From contig NC_045697.1 in assembly GCF_009834535.1 (NCBI RefSeq), positions 114,640,001 to 114,704,000 of the forward strand: a DNA stretch of 64,000 bases, given 5' to 3'. Both the position numbers and the translations under genes were made by a program. The first letter of the stretch is position 1. Every line of letters begins with the position of its first letter. Source of the DNA: Camelus ferus (Eukaryota). Below are positions 26,420-40,460 of the stretch, piece by piece. The notes under the pieces were generated by a model, which worked only from the letters and a program-made list of their open reading frames with translations, was not told the origin of the DNA and made no database searches.

Positions 26420-26900
26420 TGCAGCTACAGCTGTGGTGATACTGTGTAACAAACAATCCCAAAGCCCAATGGCTTGCAGCAGCAAACGTTCATTTTTTGG
26501 GTTCATGGATCTTTAGGTTGGCTACAGTTTGGCTGATCTCAACTAGGCTTATTTGGTCTTATTAGCCGGGCTCAGTTAGACCCTAAGATTCTTCTCCATT
26601 CATCTTCTTCATTCTGGGGACCAACAATTCCACAGGACATGTTCTTTTTCATGGCAGGTGGTAGAAGTCCAAGTGACTAAGCCAAGCAATGCAAGCACAT
26701 TTAAAACCTCTGTTTACATCACATCTGTTAGCATTTTATTGTCTAAGCAAGTCACATGACAAACGAGGGGTAGAAGGTGGAAGGAGATATTCTGTGTGCT
26801 GTACTGATAGGCATTACAAAGGAACATGGCAACATTAGGTGGATGTATAACTCATTACAGAGAGGGGGTGAAGGACTAGGAGTAATGATGGAATCTTCCA
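26420..26900 (-). mobile_element. Old MLT1 (J/K/L-like) LTR
   Basis: ctgtgtaacaaacaatcccaaagcccaatggcttg...ttgtctaagcaagtcacatgac are antisense MLT1 motifs. Confidence 0.7.
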
Positions 26901-28262
26901 TAAACTCACACCAAGCCTGTTTCCATGTCAGGCGTGTTACCTTGCTGTTTTTCTCCACAGTTCAGAGTTCTTTGCAAGATTCACTTTAATCATAAAAGAA
27001 AGAGTTTAAGCTATGTACTTTAAAAGTACCTATTTTGAGATTGCCTTCAGTCAAGTCTCAAAAGGATATAAAAGCTCAAATGTATTTTATCAAACTAGGC
27101 TCTCACAAAAATCAGGTAAGGGTGATCAATCATTTTCATTATATAGTTCCAATGGGCCACAAGAGAAGCATCCTTTATGTTTGTCTCTTTTCAGTCTCCT
27201 AAATGAAAGTTGAGAGGTGTTAAAAATAGATTTAGTTACATCAATATCTTTATTTAATGAAATTTTCATATTTCATTATTTTGTACTCAGTTATTTTAAA
27301 TAATTGACTTTCATCATAAGTGCTATTTTGAAAAACAAACACAAAACATAGCAAATTGTTTTGGAGATAACCTTAGTGATACTAACAACCACATTTTAAC
27401 CTGACCATTTAAAACTTATGCTATCTCTAGTCATAGAAAAGTGAAGGAATAAAATTATGTACATAGAAATGTTTAGAGAATATTTCTAGGTTATGTGTTA
27501 GAAAAATTGTAAAAACTTTTATTTCTAATTTTATTTTAATATTTTAAATAATTCATTCATTTATATATAAATGGGGTCATAAAATATTTCGAAAACATAA
27601 AGGTAGTCAGATCAGTTGGGTAGCAGTTCTATTTAAATTTGCTGTGTCATTTTCTTGTTTAATTTTTTTTATTTATTCAGTAGGATTTGCCCTTTTTCCT
27701 TAAGTTGATGGTTGGAAAAAATATTTTCCACTGACAGCAGGAATAACAAAGCCATCAAATTTTACACAGTCTGGTTAAATATGAATGTATGTCCAGGCTT
27801 CAAATAATGTGAGTTTTATTTTTTTTTCCTTGGCAGAATAATATAAAGTTAAAATGAGGAAAGATATATAATATTTAATACTAAGCTTTAAAAAGAAACC
27901 TGGTATCATTGCTGTGTATCTTGGTGCAAAGACTATGATGATAATAAAAAACACAGAAGACAAAAAAAAGTCAGTGGAAAATATTTTTCCAACTCCATTT
28001 GAATGTTTATTGTGTTATAGCATGCTCAAGTATGCCCCAAACTAGAAGCGTGGAACAGCTTTCAAACCATAGATAAGTAAGAAGCAGAAATGGAAAGGTA
28101 CAATTCTAATGAGGAATACAAATTCAAGTGGAAATGGAAATGTTTTCTAGCTTACTTTTGAAAGCAATTACTAATAAATAATTAGAAGAACAGCATGTTT
28201 TCAGGATAATACATTCTAATAGTTAATTTTACTTTATTACAAAACAATAATTACATTCATTC

Positions 28263-28781
28263 TGTCAAATGGAAAAAAATGCACAACCTGAAAGTTGAGA
28301 ATTGTGTTTTATTCAGTGGACTTTCCGAGGAGTTCAAGTCCAGGAGACAGCCTCTCAGATCACTCTGAGGGACTGCTCTGAAGTGGTAAGGGAGGAGCCA
28401 GGATACATAGGAGTTTTGCAATAAAGACCAAGTAGTCAGAACATCAAGAGATTATAGTTAAGTAAAGAAAACCAGATAATTCAAGTTAAGGAATCTAGTG
28501 CTTTTCTATGTATGGGAAGATGCAAGAGCCTGCACTTACTGGAATCACTCCTTTGATCTGCACCATAGCCTTCTAGGACCAGTATCTTGTTCTTTTCCAT
28601 CCTGAGTCCCCTCATGGTGCACCTTTGTGGGTGGCTGCAGTGGCTGATGGCTTGATCACAGGCAACCTGTTTCCATCCTGAGTTCCCTCAGGGTCACCTT
28701 TGGGGGCGGCTACAATGTGACAGATTGACGGCTGCAACAGCCCTTGTTTACTGATATGATGGGCAATATTTTTCATTCACA
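28263..28781 (-). mobile_element. Complete ERV1 solo LTR (MER41-like artiodactyl type) with 4-bp TSD
   Basis: TG...CA termini; ATTC at 28259-28262 and 28782-28785; minus-strand AATAAA near 28307; family name from memory. Confidence 0.85.
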
Positions 28782-29904
28782 ATTCTCACGTTTTTCTGAG
28801 ACAGACACAACAGCAACTAAATTGTGTTCGTAATCTATGATTTGATTTAAATATTCATTTATGTTTATATAGGATATCCTGCCAAGTATGCAGACCTAAA
28901 GGACTCAGGAAAGCCTTTGGATATTCCTTTTGTTGTCACATATTGCAAATTCAGCACGAAGACCCTCTGTATTTTATTTAATTCACTCTCTAGGTTTGCT
29001 TTTTCTAGGAAGAGTGATATTAAATATGACTTATCATATGTGCAGGAATAAAGTGTTTGAGACAGTTAAGCCTCTTAGCATAGCACTCAGCAAGACAGCT
29101 TGAGAGCTGTACTTTTTGCTTATTCTAAAAAACTACCTGAGAGAGTCTTTCCTTACTCATATTTACCTCTTATTGATGCAATGATTGACATCCTTAAATA
29201 CTCAATGGAGTAAGCTATTTAACTTTATTTCATCTCAGTAATCCTTTTTAGGCACTAGAATTGTGACACGCAGAGCTCTTTTTGTTTTGTATGAAACGTT
29301 TTAGAAATACCTTGTGTTGCCTGAATCAATATTTTGTGAAAACAAAATGTTACCATTTATGAATAATAGAAAAGGTAAGTAATGCTAGAGTGTAGTCATA
29401 TTGATTTTATCTACACAGTATCCTTCCTACTGAATTTTAATTTTTATTCCATCATAACACTGGCATTTGTAACAATCAAGCCTTATAAATCTCACAGGTG
29501 TGAACAGACTGATGACAGTCATGGGAGTGATGGAAAATAATATTTTAAACAGAGATAATCCTGGAAAACCTGATACATGTGATCATGATGATAATATTTA
29601 ATCTATTGTTTTAAGTTTTTTAATAAAATAAAGTTTCCTTAAATAAGATGACATTATAAAAGTTTAAGATAATCTATAAATATATGTATCACATATATGA
29701 AAGCAGTTATTTTGTCCTTTTCCTGTCCCCTTCTAACCTTAAAAGGACCTAATTATAGGAATGAGATCACAAAGCAATTGGAACTAACTCCTGACCTATG
29801 TCTCCTGACTGCACACCATGCCCTGTCTAACCGGTTGATTCTTCTCCTATATGGAAAAAAAAGCAAGAATGAAGAATTAAGCAGTTAAAGAATATTTAGG
29901 TCTC

Positions 29905-30242
29905 AATCCTCAACAGCCCCCTTGGCAATCCTGCAGGCAGATCACATGAGCAAGATAACATCTTAAAGAGAGAGTCTGCCAGTCTGCACGCAATGGAGAT
30001 GGAGCAGAATCCAACCTCCTGCCTCCGTGATTCACTGAGATCGACCCCCCCTCAACCTCCACCACTTTTCCCTTAAAAACTGTCACAGCTGAGCAGAATC
30101 TGCAGACTTGGTCTCTGGACATGAGTCCACCTTCTCCCCAGATTGCCAGCTTTTCTGATTAAGCAGCTTTCCTTTCTATAGACTTTTGCCTCTTGAATTA
30201 CTGGCTTTTGAGCAGTGAGCAGTCGAACCTGAGTTTTGTAAC
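29905..30242 (+). mobile_element. 3' portion of an ERV1-like LTR
   Basis: cccttaaaaact TATA-like region, ggacatgagtccaccttctcccc, terminal gagcagtcgaacctgagttttgtaaca. Confidence 0.75.
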
Positions 30243-31420
30243 ACACACATATATATATATGCTTATACAAATATACATTATCTATCTATATATTCTGTAG
30301 TGACACCAGTCTCACTCAGTTCTCAGTGCATTGTGTTATATTATAAAAATAACATTTTGAGGCAGACCTCATTATCATTATTTTTAAAACCAGGGGAAAT
30401 GAATGCACCAAGAGGAGAAGTTAAATAAGATTACCCAGTCAAAAGGTAAAAGTTTATCAGTGCCACATTTGCTCTTAAACTAAGGTTACATGAGCTATTT
30501 AAATATTATCCATTACAGGATGTTGCATCCCATTAAAAGAGAACCCACAGCTAGCATTTGCAATAATTTTTATTCATGCCCAATATTTTGCCAATATCAC
30601 CCACAATCTTAAAGAAAAGCAGACACCAAGCTGTGGGTGGAGTTTTAATAATTATTCAAACTAACGACTTCATAACAGAAGTCCATGAAGGCAAGAAACT
30701 GGACCGTTTCTTTTTTATTCCCAGGGTGGCAGGTTCTATAATTAAGATTCATGAATCAGTCAAATATTTTGTGATTTGATCACATTAATAGCAGCAGAGT
30801 GGCTAAAATTCACAAGCTCTAATGTTTTATAAATAATAAAATTTGTCTTTAGTCCATCTGTAGTTATTCTTTTAAATTTCTTTTAAATTCTCACAAATCA
30901 GTGAATGATTTACAGAAACCTTTCATGGGTTGCAATATTCATAACTAATTTAGCATTACAGTAAGGCCCTTAAGTCAATCTATTAAATGCCTAACCCTTA
31001 ATTAAAAGTGGGAACTTATATGCTATTTCTTACAAAGTGGTATGATCAAAAGATAAGCACCTTGCATTGCTGTTATCCACTAGCAGACTTTCCTTATGCT
31101 AAAAGTAATGATTTGAAAAAAAATCAAAGAAAATTAAAAATCCAATGACATCCAGGCTTTTTTTGTTTTTTGGTTTTTTTTTTTTTTTAGCTAGTTCAGG
31201 ATACTTCTAATTTACATATAGCCATTAAAACGTATAGTCTTCCAGGTTGGTTATACACACTTTAAATCGTCTCAAATGCTCTGATTCCTCGTACTCGTTC
31301 TCATCAACAGATGAGCAAGTATGATTTGCCAGCGACTGGTCCGGCTCCCCACTGCATGTCCTGCTGTCGAAGTTTCTCGAAGAAGAGCATTTGAAATAGC
31401 TGACTAACCCACACACTCAC

Positions 31421-31544
31421 CGTGTGTCAGCAGTTTCTTATATTGATTGTTGAAACTCTGAGGAATTCGATTCATCACATCATTTTTGTTCTTTAGACAC
31501 TGGTTTGCCGTAGAAGAGTTTTTGTTAGAATCCATCAAGTGTGT
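31421..31544 (-). other. Candidate 124-nt internal exon, host gene unknown
   Basis: Acceptor ttgttttattattttttaag, donor ACG|GTGAGT, open frame THLMDSNKNSSTANQCLKNKNDVMNRIPQSFNNQYKKLLTH; protein not recognised. Confidence 0.35.
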
Positions 31545-32599
31545 CTTAAAAAATAATAAAACAAGCAAACGACTGAACAGATCCAGGAGTGGCTTTATTT
31601 TTACTGGATTCTTTAATTTGGAAGCAGCCGTCTTGCCTGTTTATTTACTTACTTTTTGGTGTGGCATTTTAAAGTTAGTTTTCACTTCTATGCCTCAATC
31701 TATTTATGTTTAATCTCTTTATTAAATGATGTTTCCATTTTGCGAAAAATACTATAAATCACGGAAGGCACTTAGTACTCATGCAATCCGAAGTTTGTAA
31801 GGACAACGCTGATAAGGGAAAGTGTAGTTATAGCTTCTCTGAGAATAAAGGGAAGGAAGACGAAAAAATACTGAAAGCAGAACCTGGGAATAATGTAAAA
31901 TGCATCAGCTCATAATTACTTCCCACTTCCCATCCTCATTTTATTTCATCGAGGCAAATCTGACTTCTTTAAGTAGCTTTAATCCTCCAATTTTACAATA
32001 AGAACAAATATTTACAACTTCCTTTAAGTGCATTAACCCTGTTTCAAAATCAGTAGCAATGCTAAAGTTAGATTAGCATATAAAAGTAGTTTAGAAGAAT
32101 ACATATTTTGAGTTTAATAACTGTCTCTCAAAGGATTTATTCTGCTAGTTTTTTTCTCCCTACCTAGATGTCTTTAATATGGCTTTTGCAAACAGGTTTG
32201 GTGTTGCTTATATCAAGCAATCTCCCCGTGTAAACAGTTTTATAACTGGGGTATGGCACCACTCCCCAAGCTCTGTTGGGCCAATTATTTTTATCCAGCT
32301 GAATGACCCTTCATGAGAGGAAAATGATTACACATTTCCCCTGAAATACCTCAATGCTTTACAAAAGCAGACCAACGAAGACGTTTAGATCTATTCTATT
32401 GAAACCGTTTGCTAACACAATCACTCTTGTATTTGGCACCATATTTTGTCAAATACCAAGTCTTTGCTAATCAAGACAAAAAAAATGCCATGACTTGAAC
32501 ATAAGTTAGATATCTGAAGGAAAAATAATCAGGCAATTTATGTGATGTAATTAAAAAGCATTAGTTAAATATCTAGCAATATTCAATAGCAGGGTGTAT

Positions 32600-33000
32600 T
32601 AGTTTATTCACTTGTTCTATCATATATTTATCCATTTATTTCATGAATACATGTCGAATGCCTACTCTGTGCTAGATGCATTTCTCAGTGTTGAAGATAC
32701 AGTGATAAACAAGATTGAATAGCTCCTGACTCCATAAAATTTAGATAACTGTGCAATGGGGAAAAGGGGACCACAGCAAGTAATCCTATAAATGTCTGTG
32801 AATAATCAAATAATCCTATAGATAATCCAAGCCATACAGATTGACTTTTTGGTTAGGGACATTGTGCAGTTCTGTCTTAGGAAGGGACACTGTCTAGAAT
32901 TATAAGGATAAGCCAGAGATATAAAGAGGTAAGTGAAGAGAATTCTATTCAAATCAACTAGTACATGGAAAGGCAGAGACGTTGTGTCTCAAGAACTAAC
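32600..33000 (-). mobile_element. L2 relic
   Basis: catttatttcatgaatacatgtcgaatgcctactctgtgctagatgc...gaagatacagtgataaacaag is a typical antisense L2 3' end. Confidence 0.65.
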
Positions 33001-33019
33001 AGGAGGTCGTTATGAGAAT

Positions 33020-33680
33020 CCTTATGCATATCTACTGGCACAGATATGCAAGAATATTTCAAAGAATAAAATGACATATTTGCAACTTGGTAATACCAAG
33101 TCATTTTCAAAATTATTCACATCAATTTATACTCTGATTACACTGTCTATTGTTTTTTATTTCATTAACAATTGTATTTTTCCTTTTTTTTCTATTGGTG
33201 TTTATTGTTTTAATTTTCAATTTGGTAGAAATAAAATGGTATGCAATTCAATGGTCTTTGGCTTGTATTTTCCAGGTTAATAATAAAGTTGAAAAGGTTT
33301 TACCTTTATTATCTATCTATTTTTTTTTCCACTGTGAAATATTTGAACATGACGTTAGCTCAACATTTTGTTGCAATGTTTGTGTTTTTCTTACCAATAG
33401 ACAGGAATGCAATAAGTGAAATTTTTGATTACATGTGAGTCAAATATTTTCTTCTACTTCATGTTCATTGTATTCCATTTTTTTAATAATAAAAAGATAC
33501 TCCAGACCTCAGTGCAATCAAAGGTATCAATCTTTATTTTTATGATTTGTACAGTTAGTTTAAGAAATTCTTCCCTGCATCTAAATTGACTTAAATATAT
33601 TCCAATTTAGTAGAAATTTTTAAAGTGTGTTTTTCATATTTAAGGTCTTAGTCCACTTGAAATTTACTGATTTTTTTAAA
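33020..33680 (-). mobile_element. Very old L1 (L1ME-like) fragment
   Basis: Degenerate antisense ORF2 3' sequence, e.g. gtttaagaaattcttccctgc and catatttaaggtcttagtccacttgaaattta. Confidence 0.55.
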
Positions 33681-34739
33681 ATCATATGTGAACTTGCATT
33701 AAATTAAGAGGAAGGAATTTAAACACTAATAATATTATGTGAAAAGAAAGAATAGATTATATTCAGAAACAGTGGAGGGATTATGTGGACAAAGTTGATA
33801 GTTATTCTAGGAGTCATCAAAATGCACCAGAGAGATAAACAGGAACACATAATAGTGGTGTTTAACACGAGATGAGAAGATAAAATGCTTTACAGTAATC
33901 AATATGGTGTGCTTTTGAAAGTTTAAAATATGTTGCTTATAATGAAAATAGTCCTTTAAAAAGGATAATTGAATAGAGTACTTAGACTTTAACTTGAATA
34001 CAATTAAATTAAAATAGAGATACTCCAAGGGACTGTTCTAAAATTCAGGAAAAAATTAAATTGGTAAAGAAATTAAAAAGCAAAAAAAAAATATATATGA
34101 ACAAGAGATTAATTGTAAAGAAAGTATAGATCCAAAGTGATTGAGATTGTATATTAGTGACAAAGAAGAAAACAGAAATAAAATCTGTTTACTAGGTTTG
34201 TAGACTGTGTGAATGGGAGAATAGAGGCTCAGTTAAAGTAAGATGTAAGGTTATTTGCCTGGAGAAGTTTGTGGCTAATATGAAGAGAAAAAAAGGAGAG
34301 TGGAGAAAGTGTGGTGTGGAGGTAAATAAATACCATAGATGTCAAATAGCACTTAGGGCCCAGCATTGGTAACCTTGACAAAACATTCAAATATCCTTAT
34401 GGTGATTATGTTTATTTTCCTAGAAAAATTCAGAGGCAAAAATTCCCAACTGTTTTAAAATGATTGAAAAGATGTAATAATAATGAAGGTAAATATCCTT
34501 CTGTGATAAAGGCAGCAAAATCCAAGCAAGTGTTCCCACTGAAGTGGAGCATTTCATATACATAAACTTAGGTAAGGTTCTAGGATGCAGCGGTCCTCAA
34601 ATCTATGTAAACTATTTGTTACAGAAAAGTCAATAGGGAATTTGAAAATACTAATTTCTAAGAACGTTGTTTGGTTGTGTTAATATCTAGGGGAAAGAAT
34701 TTAAAAAAAAAACAAATGGAAATTTCCAGTTGTCAGTTT

Positions 34740-37700
34740 CACATGTAAGGTGCTTGAAAGTTGCCACTCTGTTCTAACAATAAATATAAAGTTGAACAGA
34801 CTGAAAAATCCATAATACTTCTTAGATCCGTAATGGAGGTGAAGGAACAGGGCAAACCACTACTCCCAAGATTGGTGAGACAGACAGGGAGTCATATATC
34901 ACCAAAACAGGGCTCACTAGCAGAAAACTCAGAGTAACCACTGCTGGGATAGGAGAAACTGAACAGGAGTTTACAAATTGCTTGTGGTTCAGAGAGGACA
35001 AGTCTGAGAATTACAACCTGCAGGGAGACCCAGTCATAGGGGCCCCACATTTTTGTGAGTTTTACTTCCAAAAGATTGACCAAGATCTTACAGTAAATAC
35101 TGGAGAAAATGCTCCACTGGCTTTCAGCAGGGAGTGGAGGAAAGGAATCCTTGTGAGACATACCAGATCTTTCAGTTTTTCTTAAAAAGGTCTGCTCTCA
35201 GGACAAACTGGTTAACTAGAGTCTAACCTACTGGAGATATTATCAGTGCATAACTGACCCAGGAGAAGGACAGTACCCAACTCCAGCCCACTCGAGCTGC
35301 TCAGTTCCATCTGAAAGAGTGGGAGTTGGGGAGACTGGGAAGCTCTTGTGAAATTCACAGTCCAGAGGCATGGACTCACTGAAAGACTGGGAGCTAATTA
35401 TAGGACTGTAGAACCATTTCTCCTCCTTCCACACCTTATCATCACATTTCTAAAGTCCTACTTATAATAGTTGCTTTTCCTCAGTCCACCATTTCCAGTC
35501 ATCAAGAAAAAAACTTCAAGAAATATAAAAGGCAAAGAAAACAAAGATAAAAACAAAATTAAGGGGTAAGAACAAGCATAAGAACCAGATACGGCCAGAA
35601 TGTTGGAATTATTAGACAATAATTTAAAATAATTATGATTAATATGCTAGGGCTGTAATCAATAAACTACACAGCATGCAAGAAAAAATGAGAAATGTAA
35701 GCAGAGAGATTGAAATCCTAAGAAATAACAAAAAGGAAATGCTAGAGATAAAAGAATACTGCAACAAAAATGAAGAATGTCTTTGGTGGGCTTATTAGTA
35801 GACTAGGCATGGCTGAGGAAAGAATTTCTGAGCTCAGAAAAAAACTTCAAGAAATATAAAAGGCAATATATATATATCAACAGACACTCCTGAAACTAAA
35901 AGGTACAAAATTACAAAGACTGAAAAAAAAAAAAGAACAGAATATCCAAAAACCATGGGACAGCCATAAACCATATAGCATTCCTATAAAGGGAGTACCA
36001 AGAGAAAAACAGAATGAGAAACAGAAAAAAAAATTGAAACAATAATGACCAAGAATTTCCCTGAATTAATATCAAACACCAAACAGATACTAGAAAGTCA
36101 GAGAACACCAAGCAGAGGAAAAATGCCTAAAAAGCTAGACCTAGGCATGTTATTTTCAAATGAAAGAAAGAAAGACTCTTAAAAGAAACCAGAGAGTGAG
36201 AAAACACCTTACACATTGCGGAGAAAAGGCAAGATTTATATATGACTTCTCCACAGAAACCATGTTAGCAGGAGGAGAGCTGGGTGAAAATATTTGAAAT
36301 GCTGAGGAAAACAAAGCCATCAACCTAGAATTCTCCACCCTGTGAGACTGTCGTTCCAAAGTAAAAGACAAATAAAGATGTTCTCTGACACATAAAACTG
36401 AGGGGATTTTTTGCCAGTAAACTGTACTTAAAAGAAATGTTTAAAAATTTTTCTTTAGAGAGAAAGAAAATAATATATAATATCATATATATACAATATC
36501 ACATATATATAAATAATATATCATATCTGAAAATAATATGAGAAACCTGGAGGAGCATCAAAGGTGGAATACAGGAAATTAAAATATAAACTTTTACTTC
36601 TCTTATTCTAAATTGATCTGGGAGAGAACAGTTTGTTCAAAATCACAATAGCAACAATATATTCAATTATGCATGCTTGTGTACATATCTGATATATATA
36701 TATATGTATACATACATATATAGTATATGTATACGTTTATCTCTATATATGCCTAGGTATGCTTAGATAGAAGTGAAATGAATAATAGCAATGATACAAG
36801 GAATGGGAGGGAGGAATTATAATAATTTAGTTACTATAAGGTACTCACATTATCCATGAAGTAGAATAGTGTTATTTTAAGGTGGACTTGGATTAGCTGT
36901 AAATGTGTATTGCAAAATCCAGGGCAACCACAACAAAGTTTTTAAAGCATAGCTAATATGCAAGGAAAAGATAGAAAATGAAAATGGAATTATATAAAAT
37001 GCCTAATTAAGATAATGGCAGAAAGAGAGAATGGGAGAGGAAAGTAGGAATAAAAAACAAAATTAGAAACTAATAACAAATATGGTTGATAGTAATCCAA
37101 CTACATCAATCAGCACTTTGAACATTAACGGTCTCAATGTATCCATTAAAAAATAGAAATTGTAACTGTGGATTAAAAAACAAGACTCAAATATATATTG
37201 TCTAAAATAAACCCACTTTAAGTATAAAGACAAATATAGATTAAAAGTAAGTGGACAGAGGCACAGACACCATGCTAGCATTAATCAAAAGAAAACAGGA
37301 GTAGCTAAGTCAATTTCAGATGGAGAAGACGACAGAGTAAAGAAAGCTATCAGGGACAAAGAAGAGCTTGGCACAATGATAAAGGAGTCGGTTCTCCAAA
37401 AAGACAAAACAATCCTTAACATGTATACATCCAACAACAGACTGTTAAAATATGTGAGTCAAAAGCTAATAGAATTACAAAGAGAAATACATAAATTCAC
37501 TATTACACTTGGAGATATCAACACCCCACTATCAGAAATGAATAGGAGGCAGAAAATCAGTAAGAACATAGTTGATCGCAGCCATATCATCCATCAACTG
37601 GGTATAATTGACATTTACAGACTGCTTCATCCAACAACAGCAGAATAAACATTTTTTCTTAAACTCACTTGGAATATTCATCAAAACAGGCTACATTCTG

Positions 37701-40460
37701 GAAAATAAAACACAAATTAACAAATTTAAATGAATAAAAATTATACAATGCCTGCTCTTGGATTACAATGGACTCAAACTAGAAATCAGAAGCGTACCTG
37801 GAGGATCCCAAATATGGGATTAATGGAGATTAAACAATATTCTTCTAAATAACATAATGGGTCAAAGAATAAATCTCAAGAGAAATTGGAAAATATTTGT
37901 AACTAAATGAAAATGAAAACACAGCTTATCAGTTTGTGGGATACAGCAAAAACAGTGTTTATAAGGAAACTTATGGCACTGAATGAATATGTTAGAAAAG
38001 AAGGAAGATGTAAAATCAGTAATCTAAGTTTCCACCTTGGAAATTAGAAGAAGAGTAAAATAAAACCAAAGTAAACAGAACCCAAGAAATAATAACAGTT
38101 AAAGCATAAATCACTAATTTTTTAAAAAGGAAATTAATAGAGAAAATAAACAAAAATTGGGTCCTTGATAAAATAAAAAAGTTCTATTAGCTTCTAGACA
38201 GGCTAATTAAGATAAAAAGAGAGAGAACTCAAATTATAAATACCCAAAATGAAAGAGAGGATATCACTATGGATCCTAAGATTATGAAAAGGATAATAAA
38301 TGAGTACTTTGTACAACTCTATGCTCACAATTTTGATAACTTAGGTGAAATGGTACAACTCCTTCAAAGACACAACCTGCTAAAATTCACACAATTATGG
38401 ACAAACATCTCTCATGAACATAAATGAGAATCTTCCCAACATAATACCAGCAACCAAATCCAGAAATGTATACAAGGAATTGTACACTACAACCAATTGT
38501 GATTTAACACAGGTGTACAAAGCTGGTACAACATTTAAATATCTATTAGTGTAACCCATCACATCAATAAGATAAAAAGTAAAAATAATATAAAAACACA
38601 ATACCTATAATATTCACATCCCCAAAAGTGAAATACTTATATATAAATCTAACAAAATATGTACAACATTTATGAACAAAACTACAAAACTCTGATGAAC
38701 AAAATCAAAACGGAACTAAACACATGGGGAGATACTTCATGTTCATGGATAGAAATTTCAATATTGTTAAGATGTCATTGCTTCCTAACTTGATCTATGG
38801 ATTAAATTCAGTGCTAGTAAAAATGCCAGAAGGTTATTTTCTGGATATTGACAAATTCATTTTGAAGTTTATATGGAGAGGCAAAAGACCCTGAGCAGAC
38901 AACACAAGATTGAAAAAGAAGAGCAAAGTTGAAAGACTAATGCTGCTCGGCTTCAAGACCTACTATACAATCAAGACGATGTGCTATTGGCAAGAGAACA
39001 GACAAATAGATCAATGGAACAGACTAAAGATCCCAGAAGTAGACCCCCATAATTATAATCAGCTGATCTCGGACAAAGGAGCAAAGGCATTTCAATGGAG
39101 CAAAAACAGTCTTTTCAACAAATTGTGCTGAAAAAACTGGACATTCATATACAGAAAAAATTAACCTACACACTGATCTTTAACTTTTCACAATAATTAA
39201 ATCAAAATGGATCATAGACCTAAATGAGAAACGCAAAACTATTAAAAGCAAGCCTAGGAAATAATATAGGAGAAAACCCAGAAGGCCGTAGGCATCCCAG
39301 TGACTTCTTAGAAGTAAAACCAAAGCTGCAGTCCATGAGAGAAAGACTTGATAGGCTGGACTTCATTAAAATTAAAAACTTCTGTTCTTTGAAAGACAAT
39401 GTTGAGAGAATAAGAAGAGACACAGCCTGGGAGAAAATATTTGCAAAGGATTTACGTGGTAAAGGTCTATTACCAAAAATAGAAAAAACCTTAAACCATA
39501 ATCTTGAGACAGAAAAATCTCAACAATAAAAAAAAAAAACCTGATTAAAAATGGGCTAAATATCTTCACAGACACCTCATCAAAGATTTAGAGGTGGCAA
39601 ATAAGCCATAAAAAGTTGCTCCACAGCATAGTTCATCAGGGAAATGCAAATTAAAAGCACAATGAGATACCACTATACACCTATTACAAAGGCCAAAATC
39701 CAGCAGTGTGACAGCATTAAATGTTAACAAAGATGTAGAGCAACAGAAACTCTCATTCATCATTGGTGTGAAAGCAAAATGACGTGGCAACTTTGGAAGA
39801 CAGTTTGGCAGTTTCTTATTATTTATTTAAATGAGTTGGGAACATGTCCACACACATACCTGCGCATGAATGTTTATAACAGCTTTATTTATAATTACCA
39901 AAACTTAGAAGCAACCACAATACCCTTCAGAAGGTTAACGAATAAACAAAACTGTTGAACAGTATTCAGTACTAAAAATAAATGAGCTGTCAAGTCATAA
40001 AAAGACATGGAGAAACCTTAAATTCATAATACTTAGTGAAAGAAGTCAATCTGAAAAAGTTATATATTGTATGATTCCAACTATTGGCATTCTGGAAAAG
40101 AAAAAACTATGGAGACAGTAAAAAGATTTGGTGATTGCTAAAGGTTGGTAGAAGGGAGGGGTAAAAAGAGCACAGAGGAGATTTATGGCCTTGAAAATAC
40201 TCTATATATACATGTCATTGTACATTTGTCCAAATGAATAGAATGCACAACTCCAAGAGTGAACTCTCATGTGATGTACAGACTCTGGATGATTGTGATG
40301 TGCCAATGCAGGTTTATCAATTGTAAAAAGAGACTTGTCTGGTGTAGGATGTTGATAATGTGGGATAATGTTTTTACATGTGTGGGGGCAGGAGTTGCAT
40401 GAGAAATCTCTATAGCTTTCTCTCAATTTTTGCTGTGAACCTAAAACCGTTCTAAAATAA
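34740..40460 (+). mobile_element. Long old L1 (L1MC/MD-like): 5'UTR, ORF1, AT-rich spacer, internally deleted ORF2, 3'UTR
   Basis: Endonuclease-like ORF 37376..37648 (TILNMYTSNNR...GDINTPLSEM...DIYRLLHPTTAE); ORFs 38910..39131 and 39224..39529 are ORF2-like; RT core largely deleted near 38395 and 38600. Confidence 0.9.

Noticed and set aside
34740..40460. Potentially active full-length L1
   Set aside because: Many stops and frameshifts and the RT core is deleted
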